DNA from: an uncultured Candidatus Rokubacteria bacterium
GTDB lineage: Bacteria; Methylomirabilota; Methylomirabilia; Rokubacteriales; CSP1-6
DNA: 64,000 bases
Direction: 5' to 3'
Assembly (NCBI GenBank): GCA_963758635.1
Contig: CAVWWD010000008.1
Span: 672,001-736,000, forward strand
Shown here: positions 12,359-22,512 of the stretch, piece after piece
Position numbering within the stretch: position 1 is the first letter of the stretch
Layout: each line of letters opens with the position of its first letter
Notes under the pieces: model-generated
Databases searched by the model: none
Seen by the model: only the letters and a program-made list of their open reading frames with translations
What the model was told of the DNA's origin: nothing
Program-made: the position numbers and the translations under genes

Positions 12359-13134
12359 GCGCGGCCACGCCGCTCCTCGCGGTGGAGGGCATCAGCGTGG
12401 CCTTCGGCGCGGTGAAGGCCCTCACCGCGGTGAGCATGGAGATCGGCCGCGGGGAGATCGTGGCCATCATCGGGCCCAACGGGGCGGGGAAGACGACGCT
12501 GCTGAACGTCATCAGCGGCTTCTACCACCCCTCCGAGGGCCGGATTCTCTTCGAAGGCCGCGACCGCACGCGGCTCCGGCCCTACGAGGTGGCGTCGCTC
12601 GGCATCGCGCGCACGTTCCAGAACGTGGCCCTCTTCCGCGGCATGAGCGTGCTCGACAACATCATGACCGGCCGGCTGCTCAAGATGGGCGGGAGCTTCC
12701 TCCTCGACGCCCTCTGGTGGGGCCCGGCGATGAAGCAGGAGCTGGCCCACCGCGCCTTCGTGGAGCGCATCATCGACTTCCTGGAGATCCAGGCCATCCG
12801 CAAGACGCCGGCGGGCCGGCTGCCCTACGGCCTGCAGAAGCGGGTCGAGCTCGCCCGCGCCCTCGCCGCCGAGCCCACGCTCCTGCTCCTCGACGAGCCC
12901 ATGGCGGGCATGAACGTCGAGGAGAAGGAGGACATGTGCCGGTTCATCCTGGACGTGCACGGCGAGTTCGGCACCACCATCGCCCTCATCGAGCACGACA
13001 TGAGCGTGGTGATGGACATCTCCCAGCGCGTGGTCGCCCTGGACTACGGCCGGAAGATCGCCGACGGCTCGCCCGACGCGGTCCGCGCCGACCCCGCCGT
13101 CCTCGACGCCTACCTCGGGGTCCCGCATGCGTAG
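12355..13134 (+). CDS. LivG-type ABC ATP-binding protein
   Basis: ATGA overlap; GPNGAGKTT, ARTFQN, LPYGLQKRVELARAL, LDEP, IEHDM. Confidence 0.92.
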   Translation: MSAATPLLAVEGISVAFGAVKALTAVSMEIGRGEIVAIIGPNGAGKTTLLNVISGFYHPSEGRILFEGRDRTRLRPYEVASLGIARTFQNVALFRGMSVLDNIMTGRLLKMGGSFLLDALWWGPAMKQELAHRAFVERIIDFLEIQAIRKTPAGRLPYGLQKRVELARALAAEPTLLLLDEPMAGMNVEEKEDMCRFILDVHGEFGTTIALIEHDMSVVMDISQRVVALDYGRKIADGSPDAVRADPAVLDAYLGVPHA

Positions 13135-13176
13135 CCGCGCGCGCCACGAGAGCGCCGCGGGAGGCGGCGACTAGCC

Positions 13177-14115
13177 ATGGGCGCCACGCTCCACGCCTTC
13201 CTGGTCGCGCCGTGGCTCGACATGGCAGGGGCGCCCACGTTCCTCGCCGAGGTCATCATCGGGGGCATCGCCTCGGGGCTCATGTACTCGCTGGTCGCGC
13301 TGGGCTTCGTCCTGATCTTCAAGGCGTCGGGCGTCTTCAACTTCGCCCAGGGCGTCATGGTGCTGTTCGCCGCCCTCACGCTGGTCGGGCTCATGGAGCG
13401 GCGCGTGCCCATGCTGGTGGCGCTGATCCTCACGATGGTGGTGATGGTGGCGCTGGCCTTCGCCATCGAGCGCATCGTGCTGCGGCCCCTCGTGAACCAG
13501 GAGCACATCATCCTGTTCATGGCCACCATCGGGCTGAACTTCTTCCTGGAAGGCTTCGGCGAGATGATCTGGGGCGCCAACGTCAAGCGCCTGGACATCG
13601 GCATCCCCGACGAGTCGTTCAAGATCGCAGGCATCCTCGTGAACCAGCTCGAGATGGCGGCGGCGGGCACGTCCGCGGTGCTCGTGGCCGTCCTCGCCGT
13701 GTTCTTCCAGAAGACGCGGATCGGCCGTGCCCTCCGCGCGGTGGCCGACGACCACGAGGCGGCGCTCAGCATCGGCATCCCGCTCAAGACGATCTGGGTG
13801 GTGGTATGGTCGGCGGCGGGCCTCGTGGCCATCGCGGCCGGCGTCATGTGGGGAGCGAAGAGCGGTGTGCAGTTCAGCCTGTCGCTCATCGCGCTGAAGT
13901 CGCTCCCCGTCCTCATCCTCGGCGGCTTCACCTCCGTGCCCGGCGCCATCGTCGGCGGCCTCATCATCGGCGTCGGCGAGAAGCTCGGCGAGGTCTACTG
14001 GGGCCCCCTCGTGGGCGGCGCCATCGAGAACTGGTTCGCTTACGTCTTGGCCCTCGCGTTTTTGTTGGTCCGCCCTCAGGGACTGTTCGGTGAAAGGATC
14101 ATCGAGCGTGTGTAG
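13177..14115 (+). CDS. LivH-type ABC permease
   Basis: MYSLVALGFVLIFKASGVFNFAQG, LILGGFTSVPG, RPQGLFGERIIERV. Confidence 0.92.
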   Translation: MGATLHAFLVAPWLDMAGAPTFLAEVIIGGIASGLMYSLVALGFVLIFKASGVFNFAQGVMVLFAALTLVGLMERRVPMLVALILTMVVMVALAFAIERIVLRPLVNQEHIILFMATIGLNFFLEGFGEMIWGANVKRLDIGIPDESFKIAGILVNQLEMAAAGTSAVLVAVLAVFFQKTRIGRALRAVADDHEAALSIGIPLKTIWVVVWSAAGLVAIAAGVMWGAKSGVQFSLSLIALKSLPVLILGGFTSVPGAIVGGLIIGVGEKLGEVYWGPLVGGAIENWFAYVLALAFLLVRPQGLFGERIIERV

Positions 14116-14252
14116 GACCCGCGTGTGTCGGACCCGCGTGTGTCGGACCCGCGTGTATCAGGGACCCGCGTGGACTCGGTCGGGGCTGCCCCCTCATGGA
14201 CGTTTCCCCTGCATTTCCATATACGCTCGGCTCGCCTTCGGCTCACCTCGCA
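14115..14252 (-). repeat. Repeat family A, copy 2, with 15-bp tandem expansion of its end
   Basis: Reverse complement reads TGCGAGGTGAGCCGAAGGCGAGCCGAGCGTATATGGAAATGCAGGGGAAACGTCCATGAGGGGGCAGCCCCGACCGAG; GGACCCGCGTG recurs at 14115, 14130, 14145, 14162. Confidence 0.88.
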
Positions 14253-14291
14253 AATCAGGTGCCCGCGGACGACCCGCGTTGAACACCTCCT

Positions 14292-15368
14292 GTGATCTAT
14301 CGCGAGGCGGGACAATTCAAAACGTCCTATGCCGCCGACCAGGCGGTCTTCCCGATCCTGCAGGATCGGGTGGTTGTTTTCGCGGCCGTCGGCGCCGCGT
14401 TCCTCGTGCCGCCGCTGGCCTTCGGGGAGTACTGGCTCCAGGCCGTCCTCATCCCGTTCCTGGTGTACGCCATGGCCGCCCTCGGGCTGAACCTGCTCAC
14501 CGGCTACGCGGGGCAGGTGTCGCTAGGGACGGGCGGCTTCATGGCGGTGGGCGCCTACTCGGCCTTCAAGATCACCACCGCGCTGCCCGGGCTGAACATC
14601 ATCGTCGTGTTCGTGCTCGCCGGGCTGTGCGCGGCCGCGGTGGGCATCGTGTTCGGGCTTCCGAGCCTCCGCATCAAGGGCTTCTACCTCGCCGTGGCGA
14701 CCCTCGCCGCCCAGTTCTTCCTGATCTGGCTCTTCAACAAGGTGGCGTGGTTCGTGAACTACGCGCCCTCCGGTACCATCACCGCGCCGCACCGGACCAT
14801 CGCGGGCGTCATGGTCACCGGGCCCCAGGCCACCGCGGGATCGCGCTACGTCGTGGCTCTCGGCCTCGTGGTGGTGTTCGCGCTGATCGCCAAGAACCTC
14901 GTGCGGGGCCGCGTGGGCCGGGCGTGGATGGCCATCCGCGACCGTGACATCGCCGCGGAGATCATCGGCGTGCGGCCGCTGCGGACCAAGCTCCTGGCCT
15001 TCGGCGTCTCGTCGTTCTACTGCGGCCTCGCCGGGGCCGAGCTGGTCTTCCTGTTTCTCGGCAGCGCGGAGACGGCGGCCTTCGACATCAACCAGTCGTT
15101 CCTGGTCCTCTTCATGGTCATCCTGGGCGGGCTCGGGAGCATCCTCGGCTCCTTCCTGGGCGCCGCCTTCATCATCTTGATCCCCATCTTCCTGACCAAC
15201 GTGCCCCACGTGATCGGGCTGTCCCTGCCCGTGGCGCTGCTCAAGCAGATCGAGCTGATGGTGTTCGGCGGGCTCATCGTCTTCTTCCTCATCGTCGAGC
15301 CGCACGGCCTGGCCCGCCTGTGGCAGCTCGGCAAGGAGAAGCTGCGGCTGTGGCCGTTCCCGCATTGA
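14292..15368 (+). CDS. LivM-type ABC permease
   Basis: YREAGQFKTSY, LNLLTGYAGQVSLG, LRIKGFYLAVATLAAQ, AIRDRDIAAE, LRLWPF. Confidence 0.92.
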   Translation: MIYREAGQFKTSYAADQAVFPILQDRVVVFAAVGAAFLVPPLAFGEYWLQAVLIPFLVYAMAALGLNLLTGYAGQVSLGTGGFMAVGAYSAFKITTALPGLNIIVVFVLAGLCAAAVGIVFGLPSLRIKGFYLAVATLAAQFFLIWLFNKVAWFVNYAPSGTITAPHRTIAGVMVTGPQATAGSRYVVALGLVVVFALIAKNLVRGRVGRAWMAIRDRDIAAEIIGVRPLRTKLLAFGVSSFYCGLAGAELVFLFLGSAETAAFDINQSFLVLFMVILGGLGSILGSFLGAAFIILIPIFLTNVPHVIGLSLPVALLKQIELMVFGGLIVFFLIVEPHGLARLWQLGKEKLRLWPFPH

Positions 15369-15405
15369 CAGGGTCGTCATCCAGGGCCTCACACAGGAGA
15401 ACAGC

Positions 15406-16722
15406 ATGAACCGAACCAGACTCGTCGCCGCGCTCCTCGCGCTGGTCGTGGTCGCCGCGCCCCTCGCCGGGACGGCGGGCGCCCAGGACAAGGGATTGTT
15501 CATCCCGCTCCTCGTCTACCGGACCGGGCCGTTCGCCCCGAGCGGCATTCCCATCGCCAACGGCTTCGTGGACTACTTCACGCTCGTCAACGAACGCGAC
15601 GGCGGGATCAACGGGGTGAAGGTGACGTGGGAAGAGTGCGAGACCCAGTACGACACCAAGCAGGGGGTGGAGTGCTACGAGCGCCTGAAGAGCAAGGGAC
15701 CGGTCGTCGTGAACCCGTACAGCACGGGCATCACCTATCAGCTCATCCCCAAGGCGCCGGTGGACAAGGTCGTGGTGTTCTCGATGGGCTACGGCATGAC
15801 CGCGGCCGCGGACGGACGCTGGTTCCCCTGGGTGTTCAGCTTCCCGACCACGTACTGGAGCCAGGCCTCCGCGGTCATCCGTTACATCGGCCAGCAGGAG
15901 GGCGGGGCGGACAAGCTCAAGGGCAAGAAGATCGTCCACATCTTCCACAACAGCCCCTACGGCAAGGAGGCGAACCCCACCCTCGAGGAGCTGTCGCGGC
16001 GGCTCGGTTTCGAGCTGACCCTGCTCCCCGTGGACAGCCCGGGCCAAGAGCAGAAGGCGACGTGGCTCCAGGTCCGGCGCCTGAACCCCGACTGGGTGTT
16101 CATGTCCGGCTGGGGCGTGATGAACCAGGTGGCGGTCAAGGAGGCGGCGGCCATCGGCTTCAAGATGGACCACTTCATCGGCAACTGGTGGTCGGCGAGC
16201 GACGCGGACGTGGTGCCCGCGGGCGACGGCGCGAAGGGCTACAAGGGCGCCACCTTCCACGCGCCCGGCACCAACTTCAAGGTGCACGCGGAGATCGTGA
16301 AGTTCGTCCACGACAAGGGCAAGTCCCCCGGCAAGAAGGAAGACATGGGCTCGCCGCTCTACAACCGCGGCGTGGTCAACGCCATGCTCACCGCCGAGGC
16401 CATCCGCACCGCGATGGCCAAGCACGGCAAGAGCCCGAACAACGAGCAGATCCGCTGGGGCTTCGAGAACCTGAACCTGACCGACAAGCGGCTCGAGGAG
16501 CTCGGCATGAAGGGCTTCACGCACGCGATCAAGGTCACGTGCGAGGACCACGAGGGCAACGGCCCCGTCCTCGTCCAGCAGTGGGACGGCAAGAAGTGGA
16601 CGATCGTGTCCGACTGGATCGCCCCCATGCGCGACGTGGTGCGGCCCAAGCTCGAGGCGGCGGCGATCGAGGAGGCGAAGAAGCTCAACTACACGCAGCG
16701 CGACTGCTCGAAGGAGCGGTGA
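15406..16722 (+). CDS. Liv-type ABC substrate-binding protein
   Basis: SD AGGAG, signal peptide, YRTGPFAPSG, NERDGGINGV, TYWSQAS, TCEDHEG. Confidence 0.92.
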   Translation: MNRTRLVAALLALVVVAAPLAGTAGAQDKGLFIPLLVYRTGPFAPSGIPIANGFVDYFTLVNERDGGINGVKVTWEECETQYDTKQGVECYERLKSKGPVVVNPYSTGITYQLIPKAPVDKVVVFSMGYGMTAAADGRWFPWVFSFPTTYWSQASAVIRYIGQQEGGADKLKGKKIVHIFHNSPYGKEANPTLEELSRRLGFELTLLPVDSPGQEQKATWLQVRRLNPDWVFMSGWGVMNQVAVKEAAAIGFKMDHFIGNWWSASDADVVPAGDGAKGYKGATFHAPGTNFKVHAEIVKFVHDKGKSPGKKEDMGSPLYNRGVVNAMLTAEAIRTAMAKHGKSPNNEQIRWGFENLNLTDKRLEELGMKGFTHAIKVTCEDHEGNGPVLVQQWDGKKWTIVSDWIAPMRDVVRPKLEAAAIEEAKKLNYTQRDCSKER

Positions 16723-17565
16723 GCGGGGGGCACGCGGAGCACACCGCCGTGGCGGCTCCCGCGCGGCCCATCCTCGCGGTCAACAACGTCGAGGTGATCT
16801 ACGACCACGTGATCCTCGTGCTGAAGGGGGTCTCGCTGACCGTCCCCGAGGGGGGCATCGTGGCCCTCCTCGGGGCCAACGGCGCGGGGAAGAGCACCAC
16901 GCTCAAGGCCATCTCTGGCCTGCTCCGCACCGAGCGGGGCGACGTGACCAAGGGCAGCGTGGAGCTCCTCGGCGAGCCGATCCACCGCAAGGACCCCGCC
17001 GAGATCGTGCGGCGCGGCGCCATCCAGGTCATGGAGGGCCGCCACGTCTTCGAGCACCTGTCCGTGGAGGAGAACCTGCTCACCGGCGCCTACACGCGGG
17101 GCGGGGGGCGCGCGGTGAAGGCCGACATCGAGCGCGTGTACGCGTACTTCCCGCGGCTGCGCGACCGCCGCGGCGTCAGCGCCGGCTACATCTCCGGCGG
17201 CGAGCAGCAGATGCTCGCCATCGGCCGGGCCCTCATGGCCCACCCCCGGCTCATGCTCCTCGACGAGCCGTCGATGGGCCTGGCCCCCATGCTGGTGGCG
17301 GAGATCTTCGACATCGTGACCCGGCTGAACGAGGAGGAGCGCGTGGCCGTCCTCCTCGCGGAGCAGAACGCCGCGATGGCTCTGCGCGTCGCCGACTACG
17401 CCTACGTGCATGGAGAACGGGCGGATCGTGCTCGACGGCGACCGGAAGACCATCAGCGAGAACGAGGACGTGAAGGAGTTCTACTTGGGCCTCTCTGGCG
17501 TCGGTCAGCGGAAGAGCTACCGGGACGTGAAGCACTACAAGCGGCGCAAGCGGTGGCTGTCGTGA
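16719..17565 (+). CDS. LivF-type ABC ATP-binding protein (frameshift near 17408)
   Basis: GTGA overlap; GANGAGKST, ISGGEQQM, LDEPS; the C-terminal HYKRRKRWLS lies in the shifted frame. Confidence 0.9.
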
Positions 17566-18354
17566 GCGCCGAGCTCGAGCTCCGCGAGATCTCGAAGTCC
17601 TTCGGGGGCGTGCAGGCCGTGACCACGGTGAGCCTGGACTTCGCCCAGGGCGACATCACCGCCATCATCGGGCCGAACGGCGCGGGCAAGACCACCGTCC
17701 TCAACATGATCAGCGGCTTCTACCATCCCGACCACGGGCGCATCGCGCTCCACGGCCGGGACGTGACGAACGTGGCGCCGAGCGAGATCGCCCGCCTCGG
17801 CGTGGCCCGCACCTTCCAGAACATCGCGCTCTTCCGCGGGATGACCGTGCTCGACAACCTCATGCTCGGCCGCCACGTGCGCATGAAGGCCGGCGTGCTC
17901 TCGTCCTTCGTGTACTGGGGCCTCGCCCAGCGGGAAGAGGTGGAGCACCGAAAGCGCGTGGAGGAGATCATCGACTTCCTGAAGATCCAGGACCTGCGCC
18001 GCCGGCCGTGCGGCGCCCTCGCCTACGGCCTGCAGAAGCGCGTGGAGCTCGGGCGGGCCCTCGCCCTGGATCCCAAGGTCCTCCTCCTCGACGAGCCGAT
18101 GGGGGGCTGCAACCACGAGGAGAAGGAGGACATGGCGCGCTTCATCCTCGACGTGAACGAGGAATGGGGCGTGACGGTGATCCTCATCGAGCACGACATG
18201 GGCGTGGTCATGGACATCTCGGATCGCGTGGCCGTGCTGGACATGGGCCAGCAAGATCGCGGAGGGTACCCCGGACGAGGTCCGGGCCGATCCGAAGGTC
18301 ATCAAGGCTTACCTCGGCGACCCCAAGGGCGCCGCCGTCTCCGGAGGGCGCTGA
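17562..18354 (+). CDS. LivG-type ABC ATP-binding protein (frameshift near 18250)
   Basis: GTG 17562; GPNGAGKTT, ARTFQN, YGLQKRVELGRAL; shifted tail KIAEGTPDEV...VIKAYLG. Confidence 0.9.
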
Positions 18355-18356
18355 CA

Positions 18357-20279
18357 ATGGCGGGCGCGATCGACACCACCGTCCCAAAGCTCCTGCAGCG
18401 GAACGCTCGTGACCTCGCCGACCGCCCGGCCATCCGGGAGAAGGACCGCGGGATCTGGCAGACGTACACCTGGCGCCAGTACCACGCCGAGGTGCGTGAT
18501 CTCGCGCTGGGCCTGGCCGCGCTCGGTTTCAAGCGGGGCGACGCCCTGACCGTGATCGGCGACAACCGACCTCGGCTCTACTGGGCCCAGGTCGCGGCCA
18601 TGTGCCTGGGCGGCACGTCGGTGCCCGTGTACCAGGACTCGATCGCCCGCGAGCTGGTGTACGTGCTGGACCACGCCGAGGTCTCGGTGATCGTCGCCGA
18701 GGACCAGGAGCAGGTGGACAAGGCCCTCGCCCTCCGCGACCAGCTCCCTCGGCTCCGGCTGATCCTCTACGACGATCCGCGCGGCATGGTGCACTACAAG
18801 GCGGAGGGCCTCCGCTCGTTCGCCGACGTGCAAGTGCTGGGACGCGAGCACGCGGCGCGCCATCCCGAGCTGTTCGACGCGGAGATCGACAAGGGCCGGC
18901 CCGAGGACGTGGCGCTGATCTGCTACACGTCCGGCACCACGGGCAACCCCAAGGGCGCGATGCTCACCCACCGGAACGTGATCTCGGTGGCCGACACGTT
19001 CGTGCAGGCCGAGCGCATCGTCCCCACCGACGACTACCTCGCGTACCTGCCCATGGCCTGGGTGGGCGACGCGCTCTACAGCATGGTGCTGAGCCTCTAC
19101 GTGGGCTTCTGCATCAACTGCCCGGAGAGCCCGGAGACGGTGCAGCGCGACCTGCGTGAGCTCGGGCCGACGGCGCTCCTCGCCCCGCCGCGCATCTGGG
19201 AGAACATGCTGACCGCGGTGCAGGTGCGGGCGGCCGACGCCACCCCGCTCAAGCGGCGCGTCTTCGAGTACTTCCGCCAGGCCGCCGAGGAGGCGGATAT
19301 CCTCCGCGGCGAGGGCAAGCCGCTGCCCGCGGGACTCCGCCTGCGGCGGGCGCTCGGGGAGTTCTTCGTGTACCGGCCGGTGCGGGACCAGCTCGGCCTC
19401 GCCCGCGCGCGCTGGTGCCTCACCGGCGGCGCCCCGCTCGGGCCCGACACGTTCCGCTTCTTCCGCTCGATCGGGGTCAACCTCAAGCAGGTCTACGGCT
19501 CGACGGAGATGACCGGCCTCGCGTCCCTCCAGCCCGACGGCGAGGCCGACCCCAACAGCGCGGGGCGGCCGTGCCCGGGGATCGGGGTGAGGATCGGCGA
19601 GCGCGGCGAGGTGCTCGTGAAGGGCGGCGGGGTCTTCAAGGGGTACTTCAAGAACGACGAGGCCACGCGCGAGGTCATCGACGGCGACGGGTGGTTCCAC
19701 ACCGGCGACGCCGGTTTCATCGACCCCCGCGGCCACCTCGTGATCATCGACCGGGCCAAGGACGTCGGCGCCATGGAGGACGGCACGCCGTTCGCGCCCC
19801 AGTTCATCGAGAACAAGCTCAAGTTCAGCCCGTACGTCCGCGAGGCGGTGTGCTTCGGCAGCGAGCGCCCCTTCGTCACGGCCATGATCGCCATCGACAT
19901 GAACACGGTCGGGAGCTGGGCGGAGCGCCGGGGCCTGCCCTACACGAGCTACATGGACCTCTCGCAGAAGCCGGAGGTCCGGCGGCTCCTCGCCGAGGAG
20001 ATCGGGCGCGCCAACCTGACCCTGCCCGACGCCACCCGCATCCGCCGGTTCCTCCTCCTGACGAAGGACCTGGACGCCGACGACGCGGAGATGACGCGCA
20101 CCCGGAAGGTCCGCCGGCGCTTCGTCGCCGAGAAGTACGTCTCGGTCATCGACTCGTTCTACGGCGGCGGCGACGAGGTCGAGCTGTCCACAGCGGTGAC
20201 CTACGAGGACGGACGGCAGGCCACCATTCACTCGCGCGTGCGCATCGAGGATGTCGCGGGGGCGCCCACCCATGTCTGA
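18357..20279 (+). CDS. Long-chain acyl-CoA synthetase, AMP-binding (paralogue of 10360)
   Basis: AIREKDRGIWQ, YTSGTTGNPKG, YLPMAW, QVYGSTE, TGDAG, IENKLKFSPY. Confidence 0.92.
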   Translation: MAGAIDTTVPKLLQRNARDLADRPAIREKDRGIWQTYTWRQYHAEVRDLALGLAALGFKRGDALTVIGDNRPRLYWAQVAAMCLGGTSVPVYQDSIARELVYVLDHAEVSVIVAEDQEQVDKALALRDQLPRLRLILYDDPRGMVHYKAEGLRSFADVQVLGREHAARHPELFDAEIDKGRPEDVALICYTSGTTGNPKGAMLTHRNVISVADTFVQAERIVPTDDYLAYLPMAWVGDALYSMVLSLYVGFCINCPESPETVQRDLRELGPTALLAPPRIWENMLTAVQVRAADATPLKRRVFEYFRQAAEEADILRGEGKPLPAGLRLRRALGEFFVYRPVRDQLGLARARWCLTGGAPLGPDTFRFFRSIGVNLKQVYGSTEMTGLASLQPDGEADPNSAGRPCPGIGVRIGERGEVLVKGGGVFKGYFKNDEATREVIDGDGWFHTGDAGFIDPRGHLVIIDRAKDVGAMEDGTPFAPQFIENKLKFSPYVREAVCFGSERPFVTAMIAIDMNTVGSWAERRGLPYTSYMDLSQKPEVRRLLAEEIGRANLTLPDATRIRRFLLLTKDLDADDAEMTRTRKVRRRFVAEKYVSVIDSFYGGGDEVELSTAVTYEDGRQATIHSRVRIEDVAGAPTHV

Positions 20280-21168
20280 TGATCTCAGCTTCTTCTTCCT
20301 GCTGATGTCCAACGGTGTGCTCACCGGGCTCATGTACTCGCTGATCGCGCTGGGGTTCGTCCTCGTGTACAAGGCCACCGATGCCGTCAACTTCGCCCAG
20401 GGCGAGTTCGTGATGATCGCCGGCCTCGCCGTGGCCCTGAGCCTGGCCTCGGCGGGCGCCCCGCTGTGGGTGGCGATCCTGATCGGGGTGGTCGGGATGA
20501 TCGCCTTCGGCTTCGGGCTGGAGCGGGTGGTCCTGCGCAAGCTCATCGGCCGGCCGGTGATCGCCGTCGTCATGGCCACCATCGGGCTCGCATCCATCCT
20601 CCGTGGGGTCGGCCCGACGTTCTTCGGGGCCGGCACGAAGAACATTCCCCTTCCCATCAGCGAAGAGCCCTTCATCATCGGGCCGCTGTTCATCTCGCCG
20701 ATCCAGCTCCTCGGGGCGGTGGTCAGCCTGGTCTTCCTCGGCGGCTTCGGCTGGTTCTTCCTCAAGTCCCGCAAGGGGATCGCCATGCGCGCCGTCGCCG
20801 ACAACCAGCAGGTGGCGATGGCCATGGGCATCAACGTCGAGCGCTACTTCGGCCTCGCCTGGGCCATGACCGGCATCGTCTCCGCGCTGGGCGGCATCAT
20901 CTGGGGCAACCTCCTCGGCGTGGACGTGAACCTGTCGCTGGTCGGGTTCAAGGTCTTCCCGGTGGTCATCCTGGGCGGCCTCGACTCGATTCCCGGCGCG
21001 ATCATCGGCGGGCTCATCGTCGGCATCGTCGAGAACGTCGCCGCCGGCTACATCGACCCCTACGTGGGCGGCGGCACCAAGGACTTCGCCCCCTACGTGC
21101 TCATGATCCTCGCCCTGATGATCCGCCCCTACGGCATGTTCGGCCGGCGGATCATCGAGCGGATTTGA
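20272..21168 (+). CDS. LivH-type ABC permease
   Basis: MYSLIALGFVLVYKATDAVNFAQG, LGGLDSIPG, RPYGMFGRRIIERI. Confidence 0.92.
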   Translation: MSDDLSFFFLLMSNGVLTGLMYSLIALGFVLVYKATDAVNFAQGEFVMIAGLAVALSLASAGAPLWVAILIGVVGMIAFGFGLERVVLRKLIGRPVIAVVMATIGLASILRGVGPTFFGAGTKNIPLPISEEPFIIGPLFISPIQLLGAVVSLVFLGGFGWFFLKSRKGIAMRAVADNQQVAMAMGINVERYFGLAWAMTGIVSALGGIIWGNLLGVDVNLSLVGFKVFPVVILGGLDSIPGAIIGGLIVGIVENVAAGYIDPYVGGGTKDFAPYVLMILALMIRPYGMFGRRIIERI

Positions 21169-21393
21169 GAGCCGAGCCGAAGGCGAGGCGAGCGTATATG
21201 GAAATGCAGTGGAAACGTCCATGAGGGGGCTGCCCCGAAGGCGAGGCGCAGCGGGTCATATGGCGATGCAGTGGAAACGTCCATGAGGGGGCAGCCCCGA
21301 CCGAGTCGCCGCGGGTCCATGGCGGTGCAGTGGAAACGTCCATGAGGGGGCAGCCGCGACCGAGTACACGCGGGTCCCATGGAAACGCAGTGG
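21166..21393 (+). repeat. Repeat family A, copy 3: tandem array of about 3.5 units (period 59-62 bp)
   Basis: Identical 26-mer TGCAGTGGAAACGTCCATGAGGGGGC at 21205, 21267 and 21326, partial at 21386; the linkers are related to each other (CGAG..CGGGTC). Confidence 0.9.
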
Positions 21394-21418
21394 TCTCGAA
21401 AGGAGGAACGGTCAGCCG

Positions 21419-22486
21419 ATGATCCATCGCGAGTGCGGCGTGCTGAAGACGACGTACGAGGCCGACATGGCGTTCTTCCCGTTGCCCATCGCGCGCTGGG
21501 CGGTCGGGGCGCTCGCCGTGATCTTCTTCGCCGTGATCCCGCTCACCTTGCACGAGTACTATCTGTCCGTCGCCAACCTCGTGTGGATCGCCGTCATCGG
21601 CGCCCTCGGCCTGAACATCCTCGTGGGCTACACCGGGCAGGTGTCGATCGGCCACGGGGCCTTCATGTCGGTGGGCGCGTACACCGCGGCCAACCTCGCC
21701 ATCCGCCTCGACTCGCCGTGGCCGGTGAACCTGCTCGCCGGCGGCCTCATGGCGGCGGCGATCGGCGCCATCGTGGGCATCCCGTCGCTGCGCATCAAGG
21801 GCCTGTACCTCGCCATCGCCACGCTCGCCGGTCAGCTCATCATCGAGTGGACGATCAACCACGTCACGTTCATCAGCGGCGGCGTACAGGCCTCGATCGA
21901 GGTGCCCCGTCCCCGGCTCGGAGCCATGGTGCTGTCGTCGCAGCGCCACATGTACTACTTCCTGCTGTTCTTCGTGGTCCTCGCCATCATCGGGACCATG
22001 AACCTCGTCCGGTCGCGCGTGGGCCGCGCCTTCATCGCCATCCGCGACCAGGACATCGCGGCCGAGATCATCGGCATCAACATCTTCCGGTACAAGCTGC
22101 TCGCCTTCGCCATCTCGTCCTTCTACGCGGGCGTCACCGGCGTGCTCTACACGTACTTCCTGGGCATCGCCAACTACGAGCAGTTCCAGATCGGGGTGTC
22201 GATCGACTACCTCGCCATGATCATCATCGGCGGGCTGGGCTCGGTGCTCGGGTCGGTCCTGGGGGCGATCTTCGTCACCCTCCTCCCGATCGTCATCCGC
22301 CTGAGCATGGAGGCGTTCGGGGGTCTGTTCCTCGAGCCCCAGACCGTGCTCAACCTCATCCCCAACCTCCGCCTCATGCTGTTCGGGGCGCTCATCATCT
22401 TCTTCCTCATCGTCGAGCCCGAGGGGCTGAACCGGCTGTGGCGCAACATCCGCAACTACTTCCGCATCTGGCCGTTCGCGTACTGA
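21419..22486 (+). CDS. LivM-type ABC permease
   Basis: SD AGGAGG; HRECGVLKTTY, LNILVGYTGQVSIG, AIRDQDIAAE, FRIWPFAY. Confidence 0.92.
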   Translation: MIHRECGVLKTTYEADMAFFPLPIARWAVGALAVIFFAVIPLTLHEYYLSVANLVWIAVIGALGLNILVGYTGQVSIGHGAFMSVGAYTAANLAIRLDSPWPVNLLAGGLMAAAIGAIVGIPSLRIKGLYLAIATLAGQLIIEWTINHVTFISGGVQASIEVPRPRLGAMVLSSQRHMYYFLLFFVVLAIIGTMNLVRSRVGRAFIAIRDQDIAAEIIGINIFRYKLLAFAISSFYAGVTGVLYTYFLGIANYEQFQIGVSIDYLAMIIIGGLGSVLGSVLGAIFVTLLPIVIRLSMEAFGGLFLEPQTVLNLIPNLRLMLFGALIIFFLIVEPEGLNRLWRNIRNYFRIWPFAY

Positions 22487-22512
22487 GGTACGCGAGGAAA
22501 GGGGACTGACCC

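Noticed and set aside
15627..20279. 1550-aa giant fusion ORF (ATPase-ATPase-ligase); similarly 10360-13134, 5695-7521, 43189-45642 and 55210-57900
   Set aside because: These arise from indels and stop-poor GC-rich frames joining separate genes that have their own starts and stops.
21166..21393. CRISPR array
   Set aside because: The would-be spacers are short and homologous to each other, the unit also occurs singly at four other loci, and there is no cas gene or AT-rich leader.
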